64,000 bases of DNA from assembly GCA_965153455.1 (NCBI GenBank), contig OZ234493.1, forward strand, positions 5,084,001 through 5,148,000. Direction: 5' to 3'. The notes below the pieces were generated by a model. The model made no database searches. It worked only from the letters and a program-made list of their open reading frames with translations, and was not told the origin of the DNA. This document shows, one piece after another, positions 38,401-52,251 of this stretch (the first letter of the stretch is position 1; every line of letters begins with the position of its first letter). The position numbers and the translations under genes were made by a program. Origin of the DNA: Sphagnum compactum (taxonomy: Eukaryota).

Positions 38401-40465
38401 GTTGGCGGTCGCACTTCATTTTTAAAAATTCTAACTTGATGGAAATGTTCATTTTCAAAACCCCTGGGTTTATTTTCTAGGTGCCAAGTTAATGATGCAT
38501 GTAACCCTAACCTTGAAAATTATGTACATTCATGCGGGCCCCCCTCAAACTTGGCACCAATGGCACAATGCTACATTCGGGCTTCCTTAACCTTATTGTG
38601 GCAAATGCGATTGCTGGGGTGTGCAAGGGCTCACAAAGTAAATCAAGACCTGAATTGCCAACCCTATGTGGGGAGGGTGAACAAATGGTGCAAGTGACAC
38701 GAATCATCCACCCATCCACACCTGTCATGCGGTATGAACCAAGGCGCAACCCTCTAGTTACAACTCTTGAAGATGCATGCAAGACCAATGAAAAGATTTA
38801 TTTATGTGGGAGTGCCAGTATTTGATGCCTCACGATGGATGATGGCATCATGGGCAAGTGTCCATTTTTATCTAATTTTTGCCAAGCTATAGGTGTTACC
38901 TAAAGGATTTTTAAACCATTGGATAGGGTTTTGGATCATTGGGATCTATTTTGATAATTAGTGTCTAAAAGTTCATTTGGCTATATAATGCATTGTTCAT
39001 ACTATGGTTATTGAATAGGCCATTCTATCCTTTAATATGGCCACAACACTATATCCATTATTCATTATCTATGTAGGATTGTCCATGGCATAAGCCCATT
39101 TATTTATGGCATCATCTATCATATTTCACCCACTAAATTTTTACTTCAAAAAATGTATTTTGATCCTTTTACTTGGTATATTATTTGAAATGTCTACATC
39201 AAAGTTACATTTACTATACTTGTGTGGGGGTTTGTTGTCAACTCATAACCTTCTAAACCTATTTCAACAATATAATAATATGTAGTTTGATACTTGTAGT
39301 TCAATATACATCACTTGGTATCCTTGTAGGTCTACTTTTTGTGGGGCATGCTTAATGTTTAATACTTACTTCAATGGAATGTATAGGTGTATACACTAGA
39401 AGAAAAACATGTATTTTCGACTAGTCTTTGTGACTAAATTTTAGTCGCAAGAGACATTTTGCAACTAAAATCCCTTTAGTCGCCTAAGACAAGTCGCATG
39501 TGATAAACTAGTTGCAAATGACAAAGGGTATTGTATGAAAGAAAAAGTCAACAAATACATTTCATCCTTTGACTCCATTGTATACGTATTGTCACATGCG
39601 ACTAAGATGCAACTATTTTGGTCACAATTGAGGGCAAATGATGTGCTGCCACGTGTCTTAATATTTGATTATAAAATATAATGATTATTATTATTTTGAA
39701 ATAATCTAGGACATTCAATTCAAATATTTGGATGATCTTATATTATGACACGTGGCCCAATGTAAGTATGCCATGTGGCATTAATTTTTTTAAAATAAAA
39801 ATATTAATATTAGGTTGGTAGGTACTTGGGTAGGTACATAAATAGGTGCCTACGAACCTAGGCTACATACTAACCTACCTACTTAGGTTTAAAAATAAGT
39901 AGGTAGGTTTTACGTTCCTAGGTTAAATACCTACTCATATAGGTAGGTATTTAAGTAGGTAGGTACATAGGTCAACTTAGGTGGGTAGGTCAAACTAGGT
40001 ACCTACCTAGCTAGGTAGATAAGTAGGTTAGGAAGGTAAATGTTTTAGAAATGTGCATAATTTGTTTTTTTGTTTTGGGTTGAGCTTTTTTATTAGCTCA
40101 TCCCATGTGCACAAATTTCTTAATGTGAAATTGGATGACCACACCCCCTTGTTTATATAATGTTCAAAATAGGAATGAAAAACAAACAATATGGGATAAA
40201 TTTTGAACTTGCAACTTCCTCACAAACTAAGTTGTAATTCCAAAACTTTCTTCATGCCTTACTTTCTTAGTTTTTAGATTTCTAAACAATTCAAGTACTA
40301 GATAACTAGATAATCATTTAATTAATAATGATTAAATTTACATATATTTAAATTATAAATTATACATTACAAATATTCAATATTCATTATCAATTACTTA
40401 AATAAGTAATAACTTCTTAATATTTAACAAACTAACTATCTAGTTACTCACAAGTTATTAATACA

Positions 40466-40791
40466 TCTTATATATAAATTCAGTAAGTCTGTCTGTGCGT
40501 TTGTCTGACACGACAATTCTGCTGCAATTCTATGGCAGAACCGGCCTCTGCATTTTCTATGACAGGGCTTGGTAACGGGGCGGGGGGGGGGGGGGGCCAG
40601 CACGGGGCGGGAATTTAATTATATATAACAGGGGAACGAGAGGGGGGGGGGGATCAACGGGTTAAAGAATCGGAATGGAAAATGCGAAGGACGGGGGGGG
40701 GGGTCGACGGGGTAAAAAACCGGAGTGAGTAATGGGAAGGACTGGGCGGGGGGGAGCTCGACGAGTGCATTATGCACCGGGTTCACACTAG
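40466..40791 (+). mobile_element. Young non-autonomous Helitron, 326 bp, G-tract rich
   Basis: Inserted A|T without TSD. 5' TCTTATATATAAA; 3' hairpin GTGCA-TTA-TGCAC (40765-40777) then CTAG at 40788-40791. CpG-rich against very AT-rich flanks. Confidence 0.88.
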
Positions 40792-41559
40792 TAACTCATA
40801 AATAATTAAATAACTAAAATATTTTAAAATATTTTATTATTTTTTAGAATTTGATCGAATTATATATAATATAATTGATGTAAAAATATTTTAAATATTT
40901 ATGTTAAAATTATTAGTAATGAAGTAACAATTGCTATTAGAAAGTAACAAATTTTTTAAAATTATTATTCAAATAATTACATTATTTATTTTATAATTAC
41001 ATTTATTGTTGTAAAAATTATTGTAGGTCAAGTAATTTTTTTCTCTTAGTAATTGTTAACTATAAATGCAATAATTTGTTAAACATAACAATAATTTTCA
41101 AAATTACTGTAAAATTACTATAAAATATTTATCATAGATGATTATCATAAAATTAAAAAAATAAAATACAATAACTCATGAAATTAAATCAATAAAAATT
41201 TTTATTTTAACTACATTGTAATTTTTCCAAATTTTTAATTTAGGTTTGAACTTAAAAATTACAGAGTGTGAATAATTATGTTCAATTAGAAACTAATTAT
41301 GCATATACTAATTAATTCTTATTTGAAATAATTACAATGATTTTAAAGTAATGTAACATTAATTATAATAATTAATTTCTTCTAATGTAAGAATATAAAT
41401 TATATAACATACAAATATATATCACACACAATAATTATTTTATGTAACTTAGATTTAATAAACATTATCATTTATAATTATTTATAACAGTGATTTATTA
41501 TGGATAACGTTAGTAGGAAAAACCCTTAAAATTCAACCAATACTTTTTTGAATTAAAAT

Positions 41560-42800
41560 ATAAATTTAAGATTCCAACATAGTAATTTAGAATTCAAATA
41601 TCAATTTTAAGATCAAATAAGTTTTTTGAAGTTAAATAACAAATTTCAGAATTGGAATTTCAATTTTCAGATTCAAATTATAATATTTAAAATTAGAATG
41701 TCCATTTTAATACTCAATTAACAATTTTCTGAATTTCAATCTTAATTTCGAAAATCCAAAATAATAATTTGGAATTCAAATTTCAACTTTCAAGTCAAAT
41801 TAAAATTGAAATTTTAAACTTCACAATTCGAATATCAAATTTCAAGTCCAAATAAGAATATTTTAAATCAAATTGTCAATTTTTAGACTGAATGTAGTTT
41901 TTTGAATTGAAATACTAAATTTTAGATCCGAAAATAATAATTTAGAATTCAAATATCAATTTTTAGATCAAATAAATTTTATGAATTTAAATAACAATTC
42001 CAGAATTGAAATGTCAATTTTCAGATTCAAATAACAATATTCAAAGTTGAGATGTCCATTTTAAGACTCAATTAACAATTTTCTGAATTGAATATTAATT
42101 TCGAAAATCCAAAATAATAATTTGGAATTCAAATTTCAACTTTCAAGTCAAATAATTTCTTAAAGTTGAAATACTAATTTTTAGATTCTAGAATAATAGT
42201 TTAGAATTCAAATATTAATTTTTAGATCAAATAATGTTTTTGAATTTAAATAACAATTTGCAGAATGGAAATGTCAATTTTCAGATTAAAATAACAATAT
42301 TCAAAATTGAAATGTCCATTTTTAGATTCAATTAATAAATTTTCAGACTTGAAGTATTAATTTTGAGAATCCAAAATAATAATTTGGAATTGAAATTTCA
42401 GGTTCAAATCAAATAATTATTTAAAATTTAAATGCATAATTTTTGAGTTCAAATATAAATTTTCATATTCATATAAAAATATTCAAAATTAAAATGTTTT
42501 TATAATCAATTAATAATTTTCTGAATTGAAATGTTAATTTTTGGATTTAAAAATATTAATTTAGAATTCAATTTTTAGATCAAATAAGCCTTTTTGAATT
42601 TAAATTGAAAAACATATTCAAATCAGAAATTTGAAATTCAAATAATGTTTTAAACAATTGAAATAATAATTTTCAGATTCAAATATCAAGTTTCAAATTC
42701 TAATTTTTAAAATAAAATAAAATAATAGTTTTCAGAATTGAAATATCAATTTTGAGATTTGAATAAAAAATTGAAAGTTCAAATATTAATTTTGAGATTC
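41560..42800. repeat. AT-rich satellite inside the CACTA element (~21-22-bp subunits, higher-order units of about 355 and 260 bp)
   Basis: TTTAGAATTCAA..TTTT(A)GATCAAATAA recurs near 41585, 41940, 42200 and 42560. TCCAAAA(A)TAATAATTTGGAATT recurs near 41755, 42108 and 42370. Confidence 0.85.
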
Positions 42801-43734
42801 ATTATATGAACAATATACATACATATGCATATACATATAATTTTAGTACATACATTAAAATACACCTTTATGTCATTGTAAAATACTTTTAGGATGCAAC
42901 TAATTTGGTGACTATTGTGACTAATGGGACATATCAACCTATTAATGGATGAAAATAAATGTAGAATTGATCCAACCAATAGGATGAAATTTTTTAATAG
43001 TTGCATCATAGTTGTGAGAATGACCAAAATAGTTGAAATATGGTCCTGTAGTTGCAAATGGTCCCAAATCTAATCGTAAACGACTACTAGTCGCATGTAG
43101 TCGTAAATGGAGTGGTTACATTTTGGCTGATTTCAACTAGTGATATATGTAGGTACATATGACAACCTTCCTCCACTATTGCACCTTCCATGATTACCAA
43201 ATGTGAGACCACAACCATTATCTATGTCCACCCCATAAATTCAAATAGTGCCCCATGCATTGGATGGGCATGTAAAAAACAAATTTACTCCCAACCTTCT
43301 AGTGCAAGTGGTGAATCAAGTGGAAACCAATGAAACTGAGTGGATGGAGTTGGTGGATAGTGGAAACATAGTGGACACCTTGCCATGGGTTTTAAACCAC
43401 TAGGGATTTCCACCCCCAATTTAGTGAAGTGGAATAGACTCTCTCCAACTGGAAGGTGGGTGAAATCTTGAGTGTTTAGGGAGAAGTTTTGTAGTAGTGA
43501 AATTCCCACCATTTCAATCTCAATAATTTGTATGCTTCTATAATAGTTTAGCTCTCCGTAATGTCCCAAATGCAAGTATTACATCGCATTTTTCTTTAAA
43601 TACCTTATTACCAACACCACCATTGTGCATTTTTTTACCTTGACGTGTTTAAACATCAAGTTTACAACTTGAGTTACTAACTTAACCTATAAGTTATTTG
43701 GCACCCTAAATCAAGTTAAGTGGCACTAAGCTTT

Positions 43735-43826
43735 CATTTGCACACACTAGTGGGTTTGAAGTCATAATCTTTTTTTGAGGTGTTAAGGTCCTAAACAAAC
43801 ACTATACCATTGAATCACCACTCTTG
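43735..43826 (-). mobile_element. Possible tRNA-derived SINE head (degenerate)
   Basis: Minus strand GGTGATTCAATGGTA (A-box-like) ... GACTTCAAACCC (B-box-like). No cloverleaf. Confidence 0.35.
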
Positions 43827-44551
43827 TTTTGAAAAGGGGATTAGTTTTCTTTTGGTTGTATTCCATATTAATAAGTTGTTCGAGGTCATGAAAGAGGAAG
43901 AAACATTGTTATGAAGTTTCAAACATTCTTTTACCACAACAATTGGACAAAGCAAAGTGCAATGATGAACAATGAACTAAGAAATTACTAACATGATCGC
44001 TTTCTTTTATGGGTCAAAATTATGAATACAAAGTCGCCAATAATCAGCCTAGTGTTTTTATTCCCATATGTGTGTTTTCAAAGGAAAAAATCAATGGCAT
44101 CTTATAGGTACCAAGCTCTAATGTTTGAGTCCATATTTTTGTGTTCATGCAAGTTTGGTTGTGTGTTATGTCTTTTGAGAAAGCTTGTCATAATATGTAT
44201 TAATTTTTTTTTACATGTTCATACTTATAAGAACCTTACATAGGGTGGTAAAGGGAAATTTGGGCTTTCAATTTGCTCGCATTGCCCATCTTGGAACTAA
44301 AGAACCCATGTGTATAATAAGTACATGTTCTTTGGTTAAGAGATAGTGGACCTCAAGAATCGACAAAATTTAAATACAAAAAAAAGGTAATTGAACATGT
44401 GAATTTTTCTAGTAAAAACAAAAAAAAGTTGCAACCAAAAGTTTTTTAAGCATATGTGTTTTCAAATACCCAAAACCATGGTTCTTAAAATAATAAAATA
44501 ACCACACAACACTAAACATTACCTTACATAACACCATGCAACTTTGAAACC

Positions 44552-44850
44552 TAGGGTTTTTTTCTAATTTATTTTGTGTTGTAGGTGGTATGACAATCAT
44601 TCACAAAAAGATTTAACCAAATTTGGCTACAAATCAAATAGGAAAATATAATTTTTTTGAATCCTATTAGATTTTGACAACATCTTGGAACTTGGAACCT
44701 ATTGTCTAAATCTATTGATTTTTACAAACAAACATAAAAAAAAAATCTAACAATTTTGGGCCTTTTAAAAAATCAATTGTAGGATGATCACATAGTTTTC
44801 TTTTGTCACCAAGATGTGAAGTTTCACCACTATAAATTGAACACCAAACG
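44552..44850. mobile_element. MITE-like dispersed repeat related to 4790-5019
   Basis: Begins TAGGGTTTTTTTC and carries the core CATTCACAAAAAGATTTAACCAAATTTGGCTACA. The far end is unclear. Confidence 0.4.
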
Positions 44851-47800
44851 AAAAACCTAAATTAGTTTCATCTTTGAAGTGGAAATTTTTAAAAATATTT
44901 ATATTGGCTTGGCCATGTATTTTTGATTGCTTATTTTTCTTTCATTTTCCCATCTTATGATCATAATAAAAGTACAGAATATGTTATTCATCTATTGAGT
45001 AAGAATCCATCAATCCTAGAAATTTTATTTTCAATTTTATCATATCAAAATATTGACAAAATAACTAAACACCATTGAGTTGGAAATGCAAATTACATCC
45101 AAAGCACTTTATTTGAATAATTTTTAACATACTTCCTTCATAAGAAATACTGTCAAAAAAAGTTTTATTATTGACCTACTTGCGTCATATCTTGATCAAT
45201 TTCTAAAGGATTTCAACTCAAAAGTTTCAAGGTAATTTTGACTTTGCACCACTTGTGAGTTTATAAAAAAACACATGCAACATTAACTTTTACACATGCA
45301 TCAAGCCTTCAACACATGGTTTTCACTTCTAAATTTCATCATATTTTACAAGCTATAAAAGGAAGGGAAAATTTAGTGAGGCAAGTTTTTTTTTCTTTCA
45401 GTCACCACAAACAAGAATTTAAGAATTCAATTTTTAAAAAACCCACATGTTATTAATTTAATGTCAATTTAATACCACCAATTACCGATTAACATGGGTT
45501 TTCTTTTTGTGTTACCTACTTGTGGTGCATAAAGGTCATCTTTGCGATTTTATTTTCAAAATAACAGAAAAAAAAACATGAAAGACTATTGTTTTAGATG
45601 TTCTTAAAACCATTTTTTGAAGAGAGAAAAATCACCAACTTTTACCAAGGTTGCCAACTATAACAAAAATCCCTAAAAAGGTCTAAAGCCCATTCAAATG
45701 CCTCATCATTTACTATTATATATTTATAGGGATCTTCACCAATGAGGCTATTCCATAAATCTTTTTAGAAAAACCTTGATCATTATTATTATTAAATTAA
45801 TTTTTGGTTCCTTAGACTAATAATGATTTATTCAATTTTGAATGAAAAATAGTCAATATATCAAATTATAATACAATTAACCATAGGTACAACATAAATT
45901 TTTCATAGTTTCATTTAACTTTGATTTGAAAACACTTGTGGAGGAATCAATTATGTTCATGTTGTAATAATTTCTTGAAGAAAAATTTTGTGTAAAATTT
46001 TATTATTCATTAGCAATGGTGTTGTTTGTATTGATCCACATTTTAAAAGCACCATTTTTGCTTGCTACTTTAACAAGAATTAATTGTTGTACAAGACATA
46101 ATTCATGTTTTAGGAATGGTTATCTTTTAGGGGGAGAAAAAGGATAAATTTGTAAATTCTTTTGCAATCCAACCATGATGGTTGTAACACTAAAGATTGA
46201 TTGAGTGTTATTGTATTCTTCAAATGAAAATTTGGATGTCATTATACACAATTCCAATATCATGCAAAAGAAATGTGTTTCATGAGTAATGTTTAGTCGT
46301 ATGGATAGAAAACACATTTCCATGTAAAGGTAAATAACTTAGTATCATGCACTTCAAATTTTGAACTTTGCACAAGTGAAACCTACAACTTCATGGTTAC
46401 ACTCTTTTGATTATTATCAATTAGATCTTAATGTCCTATCTTGATGTGACTTTGTATTTGTATTGGTTTTGTTTCATGTTGTGTTATATTTATTTTCATG
46501 TTTAATAATCTATTTCATTTTTTGTAATATAACATTTGTCACAACATGGTTATGGCTATCACAAAATTTTATGTTTTTATGCATGATCATTGTTTGCAAA
46601 ATATTTTCCACCAATTTTTTCCCTACACACATTGGGATAGACTTGGATCAATTTTGGATATTGTAGAACCTTGAGATTTGAACATCTATCCAAGAATATG
46701 TCATCAAATTATTCTACAATGAAAAATTCCATGGAGATTTTTCCATGTGACGTGGGCTCATGATCACATAAAAGATTAAAGAACATTAATAACAACATTT
46801 TATGCAATTCATGACCAAAAAATTGTATTATATATGTTTGAAAAATATCAATTGTAATAATACAATACATAACATTGTTTCCTTGTCCATTGAAAATCCC
46901 TAAAAGGTTTAATTTCTATGTTAATCTTTCATGTGATGTAACTTTAATTACATTATGTCTATTCTTGCATTGCTTCATATTATGTACATAATCATAAGGT
47001 ATATTTGAAAATCAAACATTTATGGTTGTGCAAATTTTAATTTTTAGATTTTCAATTTTCATTGTCATTGTCACCATACAAAACAATTTTCCAATGTCAA
47101 TATTGGCCAAAACAAATCATGAAAGAAATGATAAATTATTCAAATAACCATGATGCATAAATGAACTCATGATATTATATCATTCCTTTTACAATAAACA
47201 CTTTGTGATGGGCTACTAGTACACTAGTCAGGAAAACACAAGACAATTTTTTGAATATAAGTAACTAATATCTCAAAAATCATCACATTTTGAAACAAAA
47301 TCTATGATCATGTGACTGATTAAATTATGTCACTAACAAACAATTAAATTCAACAATATGTTAGTGCTGAATTCATGTCATACCAATTCAAATAATATAT
47401 AAATATTCACCAAAATTAAGGTAAGATGCAAATTTTTGTTGTAACAAATTCAAATGGCTTAAAATATATGGAGCCCAAAAAATGCAAAAAACAATGTAGG
47501 AATCATTTATGCATATGTTTATGCTTGCAAGTGTGCTTTCAAAATGAAATGTTGGGAATGTTCACGAATTTGAGCCAAATCATGACTTCCATGGACCTTT
47601 AAAACAATTGCAAAAACAACCAAGAGAAGTTTTTGAACATACACAACAACAACAATGGTGTTCATCTTCGTAAAAATGTACATGTCGAACATCTACATGA
47701 TGATCATGATGACCATGAATCGAACTATGAAGTACATGAGGTGAATTTTGTTGCACGGTCCAATTTGAAGGAGGGCTATGTGAAAATGAGGAATGTGACA

Positions 47801-49355
47801 ACGGGGCTTGTATCATCTTGTCTGTAACAATGTATTGATCGACTTTTATCCCATTAAACTCTCGTTGTGTCTCCCCAAGTCTTCTAAATGCATCATTCAC
47901 TTCGTCAATACTTGGAGGATTAGGCCCTGATTCATTGGATGTGAATAATAAAGGACTTGATGAAGGTGGTGTTGACATTGTTGATCTTGTCATACATAGG
48001 ATTAGCATGCATGATTTTGTGCAACACTCTTGTTCTAATCGAATGTTGCTTTCTACATGGTTTATCAAGGTCTTTTTTGTTTTTCACTTTTTTCCTCCCT
48101 CCTTTTTTACACTTGATTGTTTTTTTAACAACACATTTTCCACCCTCAACTTGCTTCAAATTCCAACTTATTTCATGTCAAGTTTCTCAAAGAATTTCAA
48201 AGATTAAATTGTAACATGTGTGTCATTTCCAAGTTGAAAAACAATTTTTGTTTTTTGTATTCTTATTATTTGTGTTGTTACATATCAAAAAAAAAGATCA
48301 TTGGGTTGTGCATATTAAATGATGACATGCCCTTGTTTCTAGTTTTTTTTTTTCCATAGTTCATGGTAGTTAAATACAAGATTCCATGGGCTTCAATTAT
48401 TACCCAATTTTCCATCTTGCATTTTAAATGTTCACAAAACTAGATAAATATGGTTCCCATAAGATTTCGATTCAACAATTATTTCTGATCAACCTTTATA
48501 ACTTGACATTTGATTAGGATGAATTATCCTTTCAACAAAACTCTTTCCATGTCATTCTTTAAACATCAATGCCATCTTTAATTGAAGTTTTCAAAGTACT
48601 AATTCCAAAGTTTGAGCATTGTAAAATAGGTTTCTTTCAAATGAAAGCAATGTTATAATTCAATCTTGATGGACAAAATGCAAATAACCATTGGTGTTTG
48701 CTAATTCATGTTATTAAAAGTAATATTTTGTTTTAATTGAAGCATTCGTAAGGAGAACACATTGTAAAGGATTCATTTTTGGTTTGGTTCTTTTCATTTT
48801 CCAAACCATAGTCTTTGGTCCTTCATTTTGGTTAGCAAATTTCAATTTGATGTGTCATGAATTATAAAAGTTTTTAATTTTGGAGCAATTATGAGTTCAT
48901 CTTTTAACCAATTTTTATTTATTATACTATGCACCATTTGTTCACTTTGTTTTTCATCACAACTAAGGTTCTTTTGAAAGGGTGCATTAACAAAATATTG
49001 CATAATGCAAGTCAATATCTCATGCAAAAAAAGAAAAAAATTGGATGGGTTCTTGATTAGAAATGACCTTGTCTAACAATGAAACCCGATACACCCATTC
49101 AAAATGCATGAATAAGGGAAAGTTTTTTTGACTTGGACACAAATCTTGTCTCAACAATCCATTGAAACAACACTCACCCATTCATCCACTCAACGATAGG
49201 TAGACACAAAGTTGTAGCCATTGTAATAGCATGCCATAGTTGATCAAATTGAAAATTCATTTATGATCCTTTATAATGTTTTTTCCAATTTGTACCTGAA
49301 TAACCACCATATGGTTATCAATAGTGATTATCACTGTTGCTACTTTTGGTACTAC

Positions 49356-52251
49356 CACTACTACAAAAGTGGGGTGCAGTTCACTGACCTAAATCACTAT
49401 AGGACCTTAAAAGTGAAATAACTTCATTACATTTTACTGATTTCATCCTGGTGAAAGTTATTTCACTATAATATCATTATGTAAACATCATGTTTCATTA
49501 ATAGTTAACATAATTCACTATTATAATTTATTGTAGTAAATAGGTTTATTTATATGTTTTTAAAAATATTTTATATATGTTACTTTATGATATGCCCTAT
49601 ATTATTTTAAATTACTTTAGTTATTCTAACTTATACCTTATGTTATTATAAATTATTGCACCCTAAACTATTATATGTTATTTTACCTTACGGTATCTTA
49701 ACTGGCTTATTATAAGCTTTTAAGTTATTCTAAATTAAATTATTCAACTAACCTTAGGCTATACCTTAGGTTATTTTATTTTAAGTTAATATATGTTATT
49801 TCAAGTTATACTTTAAGTTATTCAAGGTCATTCTACTTTATGTTATTATAAATTATTTTATTTTAAATATAATAACTTAAAATAATCTAAAATATAATAT
49901 AATGACCTAAGGTAAAATAACTTAAAATTTAAAATAATAACCTATGAAAAATAATTTAAAATACCCTACAATATAATAAATACCAATAGCCTATGATAGT
50001 ATAACATAGAATATTCAACAATAATTTATAATAAAATAATCACCAATAGTCGTAATATAATATATAATAACCAACAATAACTTATAATATAATATCACCA
50101 ATAACCATTAATAAAATAACCATTAATAGTCACCCTGGCTTATAATGGAATAACCACCAATAACCATTAATATATAACATTAATAACCACCAATATCCAC
50201 AATTAAATATCCACTAATAACCACTAATATAGTAGTTAGTAATAACCACCAATAACCATTAATAGAATAGCCACCAATAACCACTAATATAATAACCATT
50301 AATAACCACTAACATCCATCAATACAATATGCACCAATAAAATATTCATCAATAATCATTAATAGAATAATCATTAATAGCCATTAATAGAATAGCCACC
50401 AATAGTCATCAATATAATAACAACCAATAGCCATTAATAATCATTAATATAATAACAACCAATAGGAATTAATATAATAACAACCAATAGTCATTAATAA
50501 AATAACCACCAATAGCCATTAAAATAATAACAACCAATATGTATTAATATAATAACAACCAATAGTCATTAATAAAATAACCATCAATAGCCATTAATAA
50601 AATAACCGTTAATAACCACTAATATAAAAGTCATTAATAAACACCAATAACCACCAATAGAATAGCCATCAATAGCCATTAATAGAATAGTCATCAATAG
50701 CCATTAATAAAACAATCATCAGTAGTCATTAATAGAGTGGCCACCAATAGCCACCAATAGTCATTAATATAATAGTCACCAATAACCATTAATAGAATAA
50801 CCATCAAAAGCCACCAATAGAATAATTACTAATAGCCATTAATAGAATAGCCACCAATAACCATTACTAAAATAATCATTAATAGCCACTAATAGCCACT
50901 AATAAAATAACCATTAATAACCACCAATAGCCCCAATAAAAAAACAACTAATAGTCATATATTAGAATTGTTTACGATTGCCAAAAATAATGTAAGGTGA
51001 AATAATCTATAATAAACAAAAGTAACTTAAGGTGAAATAACCTATAATAACCTAGAATTGCCAATAATAACATAAGGTGAAATAGCCTTCAATAGCCAAA
51101 AGTAACCAATAATAACCTCACATAATCAAAATTAGCCTAAGATAAAATAACTTAGAATAGCCAAAAGTAAGTTATAATAGCTACAAGTAACTTAAATTGA
51201 AATAATTTACAATAGCCAAAACTAACATAAAATAACCAAAAAAACTTACAATAGCCGAAAATAGTTTAAGGTGAAATAAGCTAAAATAACCAAAAGTAAC
51301 TTAGAATAACAAAAAATAACATAAGGTGAAATAACCAAAATAGCCAAAAATAATTAAAAATAACCATAATTAATAGCCGTAAATAATGTAGGGTGAAATA
51401 ATTTAAATGAATGAAATGTAATCATATAATAATTGAAAATAGTTTAGCATAGGTAGTATTATTATATTAACACAAATCTTATCCATATGTAAACATTTTT
51501 TTTCAAAAGAATGGTCATTGAAATGTTATTGAATAATGATATTCAATTATTTTTTTGTTCAAATGATTTTACACTTTCAAAAGGAAATGAATGTAATTAT
51601 GTACATTATTGAAAAAAAAAAAGTAAACTCGACTCATTTCATTTGAACAAAATCTCAATAAGATATGAATTTTTAATGTTTATGTTTTTGTAATGTTTAA
51701 AATGAAGTATTTGATAAATAAAATGTAATGTAACATATTATCACAACAAGTGGGTCGATTTGATGGTAAGGGTGTTTGCCTCCATTTTAAAGGTCAAGGG
51801 ATCAAACTTCATGAGTGGTGTTGTGTGTGGTCAACAATGGTAAATTGACAAAATATTCTCTTATTTAGTTCCCTATAATAGGTGCCTAGGTTGATTATGT
51901 GGCCTACCTACATAAGTTAGGTTTTAACCTACGCTAGGTAGGGACACGTGTCAATAAATCATTGGTTAAAAAAATTGAAATATTAATAATATTATATGTT
52001 AAATAATTTAATTATAATTGATTTAATTTTCCATGTTGGCTGGCTAGTTAATTAACTAGTAAGTGAATGGTAAATTTGTATTTCACTTGATAATAACCTT
52101 GTTTCACTAGGTACTAGTGAAATAATTCATTGTCCGTAGCAAATGGTCCCCGTTCACTAGGGGGTTAAATAATTTCACTAGATAAAAATGTCCAAATTCA
52201 CTCAAAATTTAGTGAAACCTAGAATGAACTAGGACGCATTTTGTTGTAGTG
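49356..52251. mobile_element. Non-autonomous CACTA element
   Basis: TAC|CACTACTACAAAA ... TTTTGTTGTAGTG|TAC: 13-bp TIR (12/13) and exact 3-bp TSD. TTCACT/AGTGAA subterminal repeats. Confidence 0.93.
50030..50960. repeat. Minisatellite of AATA(A/G)CCA(TT/CC) units inside the CACTA element
   Basis: Dozens of 9-16-bp variants such as AATAGCCATTAATAGAATAGCCACC. Flanked by inversely oriented TTAT../..ATAACCTAAGGTGAAATAA arrays (49590-49860 and 50990-51400). Confidence 0.9.

Larger units (their letters stand above)
39394..43142. mobile_element. Non-autonomous CACTA element, nested
   Basis: ATA|CACTAGAAGAAA ... TTTCAACTAGTG|ATA: CACTA..TAGTG ends with an exact 3-bp TSD. AGTCGC/GCGACT subterminal repeats at both ends. 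No coding capacity seen. Confidence 0.9.
33321..43499 (+). mobile_element. Large decayed CACTA (En/Spm) element with TnpA-like exons; right TIR present, left end missing
   Basis: Right end TTTTGTAGTAGTG (43487-43499) preceded by GTGGA subterminal repeats. TCCACT repeats at 33320-33470. AWKNLVKYWKTP..ENEWM..VNNP (about 34060-34150) resembles Ptta/En/Spm TnpA, and VANAIAG..GEQMVQVTRII..LEDA (38600-38780) resembles the Tnp1/En/Spm C-terminal domain. The extent is inferred. Confidence 0.6.

Noticed and set aside
43735..43826. tRNA gene
   Set aside because: Only box-like motifs with no acceptor stem or cloverleaf; kept as a possible SINE relic only.
47580..48068. 162-aa minus-strand ORF with a His/Cys-rich tail
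   Set aside because: The tail comes from short trinucleotide-like repeats. The region 46-49 kb looks like unclassifiable decayed TE.
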